64,000 bases of DNA from an uncultured Bacteroidales bacterium (GTDB lineage Bacteria > Bacteroidota > Bacteroidia > Bacteroidales > WCHB1-69): positions 3,077 to 67,076 of the forward strand of contig CAJOFD010000008.1 in the NCBI GenBank assembly GCA_905233585.1, given 5' to 3'. The translations under genes were made by a program, and so were the position numbers. The notes below the pieces were generated by a model. That model was not told the origin of the DNA and did not search any database. It worked only from the letters and a program-made list of their open reading frames with translations. How positions within the stretch are numbered: position 1 is the first letter of the stretch; every line of letters begins with the position of its first letter. Of the stretch, positions 1 to 7,463 are shown piece after piece.

Positions 1-80
1 ATAAAATTAACCCATGACAAAAATCCCAAACATTGTTTTCCATACTATTTGATAGTGTAGTACTTGTAAATGTCGCTTGT

Positions 81-434
81 TTACTTTCTCCTTCTTATCT
101 TTACTGATATTTCCACTTGTTGTTCAGTATGTGCAGCCGCATTCAACCGACAGACTCTCACTTCATAAATATCATCGTAACCCATGTCCAAATACTTGGA
201 AATCTCTTTATTGTGTTCACGTGGCAAATATCCCAATTTATATTCATTGTAATACACTGCAACGGCATAAGCATCAAAACGATTGTTTTCTTCTCTCTGA
301 AAATGCAATATAGAACCAATCTGTAGAGAATTAAATGCTTCTGCTCCATCCCAATAGGCAAAACCCGCAATGTGAGTATTCAACAAGTGTCTGTTCATAC
401 GTATTTCTATCTTTTCTTCAATTTGATTTTTCAT
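81..434 (-). CDS. stand-alone HIRAN domain-containing protein
   Basis: ORF 81..482. Segments HIAGFAYWDG, ILHFQREENNRFDAYAVAV and LGYLPREHNKEISKYLD align by eye with HLTF HIRAN motifs (VVGLRYYTG, ALQRDPNNPYDKNAIKV, VGHLKKELA). The 482 start is TTG and lies upstream of the -7 box at 458-465, so ATG at 434 (MKNQIEEK) is preferred. Confidence 0.7.
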   Translation of the reverse strand: MKNQIEEKIEIRMNRHLLNTHIAGFAYWDGAEAFNSLQIGSILHFQREENNRFDAYAVAVYYNEYKLGYLPREHNKEISKYLDMGYDDIYEVRVCRLNAAAHTEQQVEISVKIRRRK

Positions 435-457
435 ATTTTCTTTATTTTTATTTTTTG

Positions 458-465
458 CAAAAGTA
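458..465 (-). promoter_or_regulatory. Bacteroidota -7 promoter box (TACTTTTG on minus strand)
   Basis: Plus strand reads caaaagta, the reverse complement of TAnnTTTG. It lies 23 nt upstream of ATG 434. Confidence 0.5.
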
Positions 466-476
466 GCACCTATTTT

Positions 477-491
477 TGACAAATAGTGTCA
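477..491. promoter_or_regulatory. palindrome TGACA-aatag-TGTCA between the divergent HIRAN and WYL promoters (candidate operator)
   Basis: Perfect 5-bp inverted arms with a 5-bp spacer, read directly. Located between the two -7 boxes (458-465 and 520-527). Confidence 0.35.
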
Positions 492-519
492 TTTTTTTAA
501 TTATTAATATTTTTTTTAC

Positions 520-527
520 TACCTTTG
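520..527 (+). promoter_or_regulatory. Bacteroidota -7 promoter box (TACCTTTG)
   Basis: Matches TAnnTTTG, 13 nt upstream of ATG 541. Confidence 0.5.
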
Positions 528-540
528 CAAAAAAAATGTC

Positions 541-1470
541 ATGAATAGTCAAGCAACACTTCAAAAACTTTTGCAAATAGCCATGTACCTGCTGAATGAT
601 TCTTGTACCATAGAGGATTTGCAACAAAAAACTCAAATTGAAAAGCGTTCAATATACCGTTATATCAACACTTTAAAAGAAGCCGGATTCGGTATCAACA
701 AAACCGGGACTCATTATAGCATAGTCAAATTGCCCAAAGAGATTGATGAAATCAAAAATTCTTTATATTTCAGCCAAGAGGAACAATATATGCTTTATTG
801 TGCCATAGAAGGCATACAATTTTCCACCTCGCCTTTAAAAGAGGTGCTTAAGAAAAAACTGAATGTCATTTATGATTATAAAATGCTTCCAAAACCAATT
901 ATCAACGAATTCTACGGAAATAATTTCCACCTGTTGGCGGAAGCCATACAACAGAAAAAACAAGTAAAATTGCAAAGGTATCATTCGGCAAATAGCAACA
1001 CCGTAACCGACCGGTGGGTTGAACCTTTTGCTTTTACCCCCAACAATTATGATGTATGGTGCTTGGATTTACAAGACAAACAGTCAAAAACATTCCGTAT
1101 TTCCCGTGTGGAAAAGGTGGTTGCAAGCAAGAAATATTGGGAGCATGAAGCGTTGCACAAACAAAATCCAGTGGATGTATTCCGTATGAGTGCATCGCAG
1201 CAGAACATTCCTATAAAGCTAAAACTCACAACACGGGCAGCCGACCTGTTAAAAGAAGAGTATCCTTTTGCAAGGGAATATCTTCATCGCACCGAATCCG
1301 GGAATCAATGGATATTAACAACCAATGTTTGCGATATTAAAGGTGCCGGGCGTTTTGTGATGAGTCTGCTCAATGAAATAGAAATCATCAATTCTCCTGA
1401 ATTGGAGAACTATATTCATGAGCAAATTGAGTTATATCATCATCACGAACGAAAAAATTCCAAGGAGTAA
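541..1470 (+). CDS. WYL domain-containing transcriptional regulator (wHTH-WYL-C-terminal extension; YafY/CapW/BrxR-like architecture)
   Basis: 309 aa. N-terminal HTH-like segment (KRSIYRYINTLKEAGF). Central segment VKLQRYHSANSNTVTDRWVEPFAF..YDVWCLDLQDKQSKTFRISRVEKV is typical of WYL beta-barrels. Size fits the family. Confidence 0.7.
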   Translation: MNSQATLQKLLQIAMYLLNDSCTIEDLQQKTQIEKRSIYRYINTLKEAGFGINKTGTHYSIVKLPKEIDEIKNSLYFSQEEQYMLYCAIEGIQFSTSPLKEVLKKKLNVIYDYKMLPKPIINEFYGNNFHLLAEAIQQKKQVKLQRYHSANSNTVTDRWVEPFAFTPNNYDVWCLDLQDKQSKTFRISRVEKVVASKKYWEHEALHKQNPVDVFRMSASQQNIPIKLKLTTRAADLLKEEYPFAREYLHRTESGNQWILTTNVCDIKGAGRFVMSLLNEIEIINSPELENYIHEQIELYHHHERKNSKE

Positions 1471-1508
1471 AATGCATTTTTAATAGCCTATTGGGGGGGC
1501 GTCGTATC

Positions 1509-2225
1509 TTACAGCAACGATGTCCACTTTTGTTGCAAAGAGTCAAAGGATAGGGCAAAATTTAACTTCTCAAAAAAGGCTTGTTTGGAAAATGTTGTTC
1601 CTCCCCATTCTATAAAATGCGGTGATACTTGTTGGCAATCAATGAAATGAAAATCAAATTTCAGCAAGATTTGCACCAAATAATAAAAAGCCACTTTAGA
1701 AGCGTCATTTTCATAATGAAACATAGATTCACCGGCAAACATTTTTCCGATACTTACCCCATACAATCCTCCGACAAGTTTTCCGTCTTTATAGGTTTCT
1801 ATGCTGTGAGCAAAACCTTTGTCGTGCAGTTGTTGATATGCATGGATAATCTCCTCGTTTATCCATCCGCCTTCTCTGTTCATGAGTTGACAATTTTTTA
1901 TCACTTGGGCAAAATTTGTATCCACTTTCACTTCAAAGTCTTGATGACGAATCCTTCGTTGCAGACTTTTTGAAAATTTTGCATTTTGAGGTAAAACCAA
2001 TAGTCGAGGAAAAGGTGAGAACCAAATAATAGATTCCCAACCATTGTTCTCCCGATAAGGCATAGGATATGCTCCCGCGGTATAGGCCGCTAATAGTCTA
2101 TCAACAGACAGACCACCACCGACGGCGACTATATCGTCCCATTTTTCAAAATATTCTTCAGGTAAGGCTTCTATATCTACGAACAAATGAGGAGGCAAGA
2201 AGTCCAGCCTACATAATTCCGTCAT
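1509..2225 (-). CDS. aat: leucyl/phenylalanyl-tRNA--protein transferase
   Basis: 238 aa. Motifs GGLSVDRLLAAYTAGAYPMP, WFSPFPR and KLVGGLYGVSIGKMFAGESMFH are characteristic of Aat. Confidence 0.85.
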   Translation of the reverse strand: MTELCRLDFLPPHLFVDIEALPEEYFEKWDDIVAVGGGLSVDRLLAAYTAGAYPMPYRENNGWESIIWFSPFPRLLVLPQNAKFSKSLQRRIRHQDFEVKVDTNFAQVIKNCQLMNREGGWINEEIIHAYQQLHDKGFAHSIETYKDGKLVGGLYGVSIGKMFAGESMFHYENDASKVAFYYLVQILLKFDFHFIDCQQVSPHFIEWGGTTFSKQAFFEKLNFALSFDSLQQKWTSLL

Positions 2226-3292
2226 TATTTTTTATCCATCAATTCTTTGACTTTTGCTTCCAAGTCTTTGCCTCTTAAACCTTTAGCAACAATTCGGCCA
2301 TCTTTGTCTAAAAGTACGGTATGAGGAATGCTATGTACTCCATACAATTCTGCTGCAGCCGATTGCCAATACTTTAAATCACTGATGTGAGTCCAAGTCA
2401 AACCATCTTTGTGAATGGCATCTAACCATTGGTGGCGTGCTCTATCTAAAGAAACCCCCAATATTTCAAATCCATCTTGATGATATGTATTGTATAGTCT
2501 AATCATATTCGGGTTTTCCATTCTACAAGGTCCGCACCATGATGCCCAAAAATCTATCACAACCACTTTACCTTTTAAAGAAGACAATTTAAACATTTTA
2601 CCATTGGTGTCGGGCAAGACAATTTCAGGAGCTAAACTGCCGATTTCTGTTTGTTTGCTCTTTTGGAATGCTGTATATTTATTTTGTATATAAGCATCTT
2701 TGGGATATTTGTTGTGCAAGGTATTCAAAACCGTATCAAATATTACCTTATTACTTTCTATAGGCAAGTATTCCAATAGTAATGAGGTGGCATAGTTGGC
2801 GGCATTTTCCATGCAAAGTTGTTGCTTTTCTATCATAAACTGAGCGTTTACTGCAGCCATTTCTTCTGTCGTTGCTGCAGACCCTTTCTGTTTTATCAGA
2901 TATAATTGTTCATCAACTTTTTTGCTTGCTTGTTGGAATTTTTGTAATAAAGCAATTTCTTCAGAATTTTCAACTCTGGTAATTTCGCCTGTTACCATAT
3001 CAAAATCCATTTCAACGGATTTGTTGGGTTCCAAAACAACTAATATTTGCTTGTTTTCACTGAATTGTACATAGAAAAAACCTATTTTGTCGGGCATATA
3101 CGAAAATGTATATGTTCCTTTTTTCCCTAAAGTTACTTCCTCCAAAACTTGTTGTTTGTTGAATGGATTTATCAACTGAAGTTTAATCTGTTCTTGTACA
3201 TTGTTGGAAACCTGTCCTTTTAAACTTGCATGGTTTGCCGCATTTGCCCATACGGACAACATAAAAACGGCATAAAACAAAATTCTTTTCAT
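2225..3292 (-). CDS. TlpA/ResA-like thiol-disulfide oxidoreductase (thioredoxin fold, secreted)
   Basis: C-terminal DFWASWCGPCRMENP thioredoxin CxxC motif. Signal peptide MKRILFYAVFMLSVWANA. ATG 3292 lies downstream of the -7 box at 3312-3319, so the longer ORF start at 3322 is rejected. Confidence 0.8.
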   Translation of the reverse strand: MKRILFYAVFMLSVWANAANHASLKGQVSNNVQEQIKLQLINPFNKQQVLEEVTLGKKGTYTFSYMPDKIGFFYVQFSENKQILVVLEPNKSVEMDFDMVTGEITRVENSEEIALLQKFQQASKKVDEQLYLIKQKGSAATTEEMAAVNAQFMIEKQQLCMENAANYATSLLLEYLPIESNKVIFDTVLNTLHNKYPKDAYIQNKYTAFQKSKQTEIGSLAPEIVLPDTNGKMFKLSSLKGKVVVIDFWASWCGPCRMENPNMIRLYNTYHQDGFEILGVSLDRARHQWLDAIHKDGLTWTHISDLKYWQSAAAELYGVHSIPHTVLLDKDGRIVAKGLRGKDLEAKVKELMDKK

Positions 3293-3311
3293 ATATTTGA
3301 ATATTTTTTTG

Positions 3312-3319
3312 CAAAAGTA
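3312..3319 (-). promoter_or_regulatory. Bacteroidota -7 promoter box (TACTTTTG on minus strand)
   Basis: Plus strand reads caaaagta, 19 nt upstream of ATG 3292. Confidence 0.5.
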
Positions 3320-3436
3320 CACTTTTTTTGAAACAAATATTATACCATAACTTAAAAAATAACAGATTATTATTATAAATGAAAAAAATGCTTTCAGTTT
3401 TTTACATAAAATATAAAAACTTGCTGTTTATTTTAG

Positions 3437-3444
3437 TATCTTTG
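3437..3444 (+). promoter_or_regulatory. Bacteroidota -7 promoter box (TATCTTTG)
   Basis: Matches TAnnTTTG, 47 nt upstream of ATG 3492. Confidence 0.45.
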
Positions 3445-3491
3445 CAGGCATAAAAAATCGAATAAATATTTTTATAAATATAAAGTAGTAT

Positions 3492-4568
3492 ATGAAAAAG
3501 CAATATTCTTTATTGGCGTTTATAATTATTTTAGGTGTTTCATCTTTGCAGGCTCAAGAAAAAGAGATGATAAATATTACCAAAAAAGCAAAAGAAATGA
3601 CAGATCTTACAAAAAAAGCAAAAGATTTGTCTTCGTTGGTAGGAGACAGCCCTGTAGAGAAAAAAACTTGGACATTTGGTGCCGGTTTCCAATTGACCGT
3701 AAGTCAGGCCTATTCAAAAAACTGGGTTGGTTCTACAAATCCTTCCATTGGGGGAACGATTGTAGGTAATGCGTTTGCAAAATATGCCCATAACAGATTG
3801 GCATGGGAAAACACTTTAGATATAACTTATGGTCAGCGGGTAACTTTTAACCCCAAACCGCCAAAGGGTATTGGTCCTAAAATGGAAAAATTGTCAGATC
3901 GATTGGATTTTAAATCTAAATTTGGTTATAAGGCCACTGGGAATTGGTTTTATGGGGCAATGCTTACATGGACAACTCAATTGACCAACGGCTATGATAA
4001 GGATAAAGACACATTGTTAGTTTCCAGTTTTATGACTCCAGGTTACATTACCTTATCGCTTGGTATGGATTACAAACGTGAAAAATGGTCTTGGTATATA
4101 TCTCCTATAGGTACCAAATTGGTAACAAAAGTTCATAATAAGTTTATTGATGTTGATAAAGATGGGGTTCTGGCCGGCAAAAAAATGTATGCTTCTATAG
4201 GTGCGTCCACTCATTTGATGTTTGCTGCTGATATTCACCCCAAAATCAATTTGAATACAAAGTTGGAATTGTTTTATGATTATTTAGGAGAATACAAACA
4301 ATTGCGAAATATGGACGTTCGTTTTGATATGGTGTGGTTGTTCCGTATTACCGATTGGTTGAGCCTTTCTTTAACCATGGCTGCATTGTATGATTATGAT
4401 GTTAAATTCAATTGTTATGATGCAGAAGGACAACAACGATATGTTGAAAAATATAAAAACAGAGTTGACAAAGAACTTGTTCCATTGCAAACAGATCACT
4501 TGCAATTCCAAGAATATTTCGGTTTAACTTTAGGATATAGTTTTAAAACTCCTAAAAATAAAAAATAG
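3492..4568 (+). CDS. secreted outer-membrane beta-barrel-like protein, probably DUF3078 family
   Basis: Signal peptide ending SSLQAQ. The pattern WTFGAGFQLTVSQAYSKNWVGS...AWENTLDITYGQ resembles DUF3078 as I recall it. The alternating aromatic and hydrophilic pattern is typical of beta-barrels. Confidence 0.55.
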   Translation: MKKQYSLLAFIIILGVSSLQAQEKEMINITKKAKEMTDLTKKAKDLSSLVGDSPVEKKTWTFGAGFQLTVSQAYSKNWVGSTNPSIGGTIVGNAFAKYAHNRLAWENTLDITYGQRVTFNPKPPKGIGPKMEKLSDRLDFKSKFGYKATGNWFYGAMLTWTTQLTNGYDKDKDTLLVSSFMTPGYITLSLGMDYKREKWSWYISPIGTKLVTKVHNKFIDVDKDGVLAGKKMYASIGASTHLMFAADIHPKINLNTKLELFYDYLGEYKQLRNMDVRFDMVWLFRITDWLSLSLTMAALYDYDVKFNCYDAEGQQRYVEKYKNRVDKELVPLQTDHLQFQEYFGLTLGYSFKTPKNKK

Positions 4569-4619
4569 TATAATTACGTTGGTGCGTATTTGACGTAAAA
4601 TACAAATCGAGGAAATCAG

Positions 4620-5408
4620 ATGAAAAAAAGAAAATTATTGTTCGTGTTTTTTGTCTTGTGTTCTTGCACTATGAATGCACAATATTTGCAAGAGCAAATT
4701 TCCCGCACAGACTCTGCGACATTATTTGTCTATGCCGATGTAGAATTTAGTTACAATTTTCCTTTGGCTGATTTGAGAAAAGAATTTAGCAATTTTATGG
4801 CTGTTGGAGCAAGTGTCAATGTCAAAACCAAATCAAATTGGTTGGTCGGTTTCGCTTTTAATTACCAATTTAGTGGGAAAGTACGACAGGAGGTTGTAAC
4901 TGAAATGTTTCAATATGTCATGGGTGGTCCCAACTATTTTATCTCTAGTAGCGGTTTGGCAACTGAAGAGGTGAGCGTAGATTATAGAGGTTTGAATTTC
5001 TGTTTGATGGCAGGAAAAATAATTCCTGTATCCCGGCGGTTTCGCAATTCTGGTCTTTTGCTGAAAGCAGGTTTGGGTATTAATCAACATTATATCTTCA
5101 TCAAGAATCCCAATAATGAAGTTTTACAACTTAACGAAGAGTATCGCAAGGGGTACGATAGATTGACCTTGGGTTATTCTTTGTATGAATTTGTTGGTTA
5201 TCAACACATGACTAAAAAGAATTTGTTGTGTTTTTTTGGAGGCATAGAGTTTCAACAAACATTTAGTCATCGCCAACGTGCATGGGATTTTAGTATGATG
5301 CAGAAAGACGACAGAAAATTTTTTGATGCATTGATTGGGTTAAAAATAGGTTGGATTATACCTTTGTACAAACATAATCCTTATCGTGTTTTCCAATCAA
5401 AATTATAA
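4620..5408 (+). CDS. hypothetical secreted/outer-membrane protein
   Basis: 262-aa ORF with signal peptide (MKKRKLLFVFFVLCSCTMNAQ) and beta-strand-like composition. No family recognised. Confidence 0.5.
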   Translation: MKKRKLLFVFFVLCSCTMNAQYLQEQISRTDSATLFVYADVEFSYNFPLADLRKEFSNFMAVGASVNVKTKSNWLVGFAFNYQFSGKVRQEVVTEMFQYVMGGPNYFISSSGLATEEVSVDYRGLNFCLMAGKIIPVSRRFRNSGLLLKAGLGINQHYIFIKNPNNEVLQLNEEYRKGYDRLTLGYSLYEFVGYQHMTKKNLLCFFGGIEFQQTFSHRQRAWDFSMMQKDDRKFFDALIGLKIGWIIPLYKHNPYRVFQSKL

Positions 5409-5414
5409 AAATAG

Positions 5415-6644
5415 ATGTTGTTTTATAATATTGGCATATATTGTTATGATTTTGTTGCTAAATTGTTAGCGTTGAAAAGTCCCAAAGCGAAACAATGGGT
5501 GAGGGGCAGAAAAACACTTTTGAAAGATATGCAACAACAGGTAAAACCTTCGGATAAAAGAATTTGGGTGCATTGTCCTTCGCTCGGTGAATTTGAACAA
5601 GGTCGCCCCTTGATAGAACGAATAAAAAAATATTATCCTGAATATCAAATTTTTCTTACCTTTTTTTCGCCATCTGGTTATGAAGTAAGAAAAAACTATC
5701 CCTTGGCAGATGATATATATTATTTGCCTATAGATAAACCCAAGTATGTAAAACAATTTTTTGATATTGTTCAGCCACAATGTATTTTCTTTGTAAAATA
5801 TGATTATTGGCTCAATTATATTCAAGAGGCTTATCGTAGAAAAATTCCTTTTTATTCAATAAGTTGCATTTTTCGACCACAACAATTTTATTTTAAGATC
5901 TATGGCAAACCTATACTACAAAAATTAAAATTGATTACTTGCTTTTATTGTCAAGATGAAAATAGTGCAAAATTGTTGCAACAAAATGGTATTCAACAAG
6001 TAAAAATTGTAGGGGATACCCGTTTTGATAGGGTGCAAGATGTTGTTAATGCTGTAAAACAAAATGATATTGTCCAACGCTTTGTCGGAGATAAATTTAC
6101 AATAGTTGCAGGTAGTTCATGGTTGCCCGATGAAATTTTAATAGCCCAATTATTAGAACAATATGAAGATATACAATTGGTTATTGCTCCACACGAAGTA
6201 GATGAAAGACGTGTGAAAGAACTGCAACGATTGTTTGTACACAAACAAACAATCAGATATTGCCAAGTAAGTGCCGATCAAGATTTGACATCGTTTAATG
6301 TGCTGATAATTGATACAATAGGAATATTAAATGCTCTCTATACCTATGGTCAAATTGTTTATATAGGTGGAGGTTTCGGTAGAGGTATTCACAATACTTT
6401 AGAGGCTGCAACATATGGTAAACCAATAGTTTTTGGACCGAAATATAAGAAATTTAAAGAAGCGGTTGATTTGGTTAACCAACAATCTGCCTTTGCTGTT
6501 CACAATTATGCAGAATTAAAGTCTATTTTTGAACATTTGTTGCAAGATGAAAATTTCAGAAGACAAGCCTCTCAAACCGCAAGAGCATATGTTGCTACCC
6601 ATGTAGGGGCAATAGAAAAAATACTACAGGATATAAATCTTTAG
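5415..6644 (+). CDS. waaA: 3-deoxy-D-manno-octulosonic acid (Kdo) transferase
   Basis: 409 aa. WVHCPSLGEFEQGRPLIERIKK and FLTFFSPSGYE are characteristic of WaaA/KdtA. Confidence 0.85.
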   Translation: MLFYNIGIYCYDFVAKLLALKSPKAKQWVRGRKTLLKDMQQQVKPSDKRIWVHCPSLGEFEQGRPLIERIKKYYPEYQIFLTFFSPSGYEVRKNYPLADDIYYLPIDKPKYVKQFFDIVQPQCIFFVKYDYWLNYIQEAYRRKIPFYSISCIFRPQQFYFKIYGKPILQKLKLITCFYCQDENSAKLLQQNGIQQVKIVGDTRFDRVQDVVNAVKQNDIVQRFVGDKFTIVAGSSWLPDEILIAQLLEQYEDIQLVIAPHEVDERRVKELQRLFVHKQTIRYCQVSADQDLTSFNVLIIDTIGILNALYTYGQIVYIGGGFGRGIHNTLEAATYGKPIVFGPKYKKFKEAVDLVNQQSAFAVHNYAELKSIFEHLLQDENFRRQASQTARAYVATHVGAIEKILQDINL

Positions 6645-7015
6645 ATAAAAATGGTTTCTAAAAGGTCATTGCCGATAATATTTATTGCTTGGTCGGCAAT
6701 ATCTTTAGTTTTGAAATATACAAAACTCGTGGGTTGTTCCACTTTTTGGGCATGCCATTGAGCGTCTCGCAATGTAATGATAAATTTATCTTCTTTTGTA
6801 TTGTTCCAATCAGGTTGCCAATCTTTGTTGAGATAGCAAGCAATATTTATCAAATCATTCATGGCTAACCATTTTTCAATATGCTGTCTGTTTTTACAGT
6901 TGTTTCTGTCAGCATATAGTGTAGTTTGGTTAGATTTGATTTTGCCGAACATATCTACGAAAAAAGTTTCTTTTTTGTAGTATAGTTCTTTCATGATTTC
7001 GTTTAGTGTTTCCAT
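6641..7015 (-). CDS. hypothetical protein (start uncertain)
   Basis: ORF 6641..7048. The first 11 codons are encoded by the rpsT terminator hairpin and T-run, so METLNEIM (7015) or a later Met is more likely. No family recognised and no -7 box seen. Confidence 0.35.
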   Translation of the reverse strand: METLNEIMKELYYKKETFFVDMFGKIKSNQTTLYADRNNCKNRQHIEKWLAMNDLINIACYLNKDWQPDWNNTKEDKFIITLRDAQWHAQKVEQPTSFVYFKTKDIADQAINIIGNDLLETIFI

Positions 7016-7016
7016 A

Positions 7017-7048
7017 GAAAAAAAATAAAAAGATGAGATAAATCTCAT
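7017..7048 (-). terminator. Rho-independent terminator of rpsT
   Basis: 8-bp stem gatgagat/atctcatc (7031-7048), followed on the minus strand by a T-rich run (plus-strand A-run 7017-7030). It lies 51 nt past the rpsT stop. Confidence 0.6.
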
Positions 7049-7099
7049 CTAATTATATATATATATATTATGAAATATTTCAAAAGAAACAGCATTCAA

Positions 7100-7357
7100 T
7101 TAAGATGCCATTCTGTTAATTTTTATCATTAAGCCAGATTTTAAATTGGCGGCTTTGTTTTTGTGGATAATACCTTTTTTTGCAACTTTGTCTATCAAAG
7201 AAATCACTTTTGGTAAATTAGCAGATGCTTCTTTAATATCATGTGTCATACGAATTTTCTTGATAGAATTTCTCATGGTACGATTCCAATATCTGTTTTC
7301 CAAACGTCTTTTTTCGTTTTGTCTTATTCTTTTAAATTGTGACTTATGATTTGCCAT
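7100..7357 (-). CDS. rpsT: 30S ribosomal protein S20
   Basis: 85 aa, starting MANHKSQFKRIRQNEKRRLENR, basic helical protein typical of bS20. Confidence 0.9.
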   Translation of the reverse strand: MANHKSQFKRIRQNEKRRLENRYWNRTMRNSIKKIRMTHDIKEASANLPKVISLIDKVAKKGIIHKNKAANLKSGLMIKINRMAS

Positions 7358-7405
7358 TCTTAATGTGTTTTTAACTTATTTTTTATTTATATCAAAATTA
7401 GTTTG

Positions 7406-7413
7406 CAAAGGTA
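7406..7413 (-). promoter_or_regulatory. Bacteroidota -7 promoter box (TACCTTTG on minus strand)
   Basis: Plus strand reads caaaggta, 48 nt upstream of the rpsT ATG at 7357. Confidence 0.5.
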
Positions 7414-7463
7414 CAATTTTTTTTCTTATCAAAAGATATTTTTCTTAAAAAAAACAAAAAAAA

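Noticed and set aside
1-43. Minus-strand ATG at 43 opening a frame to the window edge (MENNVWDFCHGLIL...)
   Set aside because: Only 14 codons are visible, which is too little to call a gene. It is mentioned only as context for the HIRAN finding.
435-482. Longer N-terminal extensions offered by the ORF track (also 3293-3322, 14420-14464, 15468-15554, 57332-57388, 59419-59523, 7016-7048 and 11948-11974)
   Set aside because: Several lie upstream of the TAnnTTTG -7 box. The others overlap the neighbouring gene or a terminator hairpin, or precede a much better signal peptide or conserved N-terminus at an internal Met.
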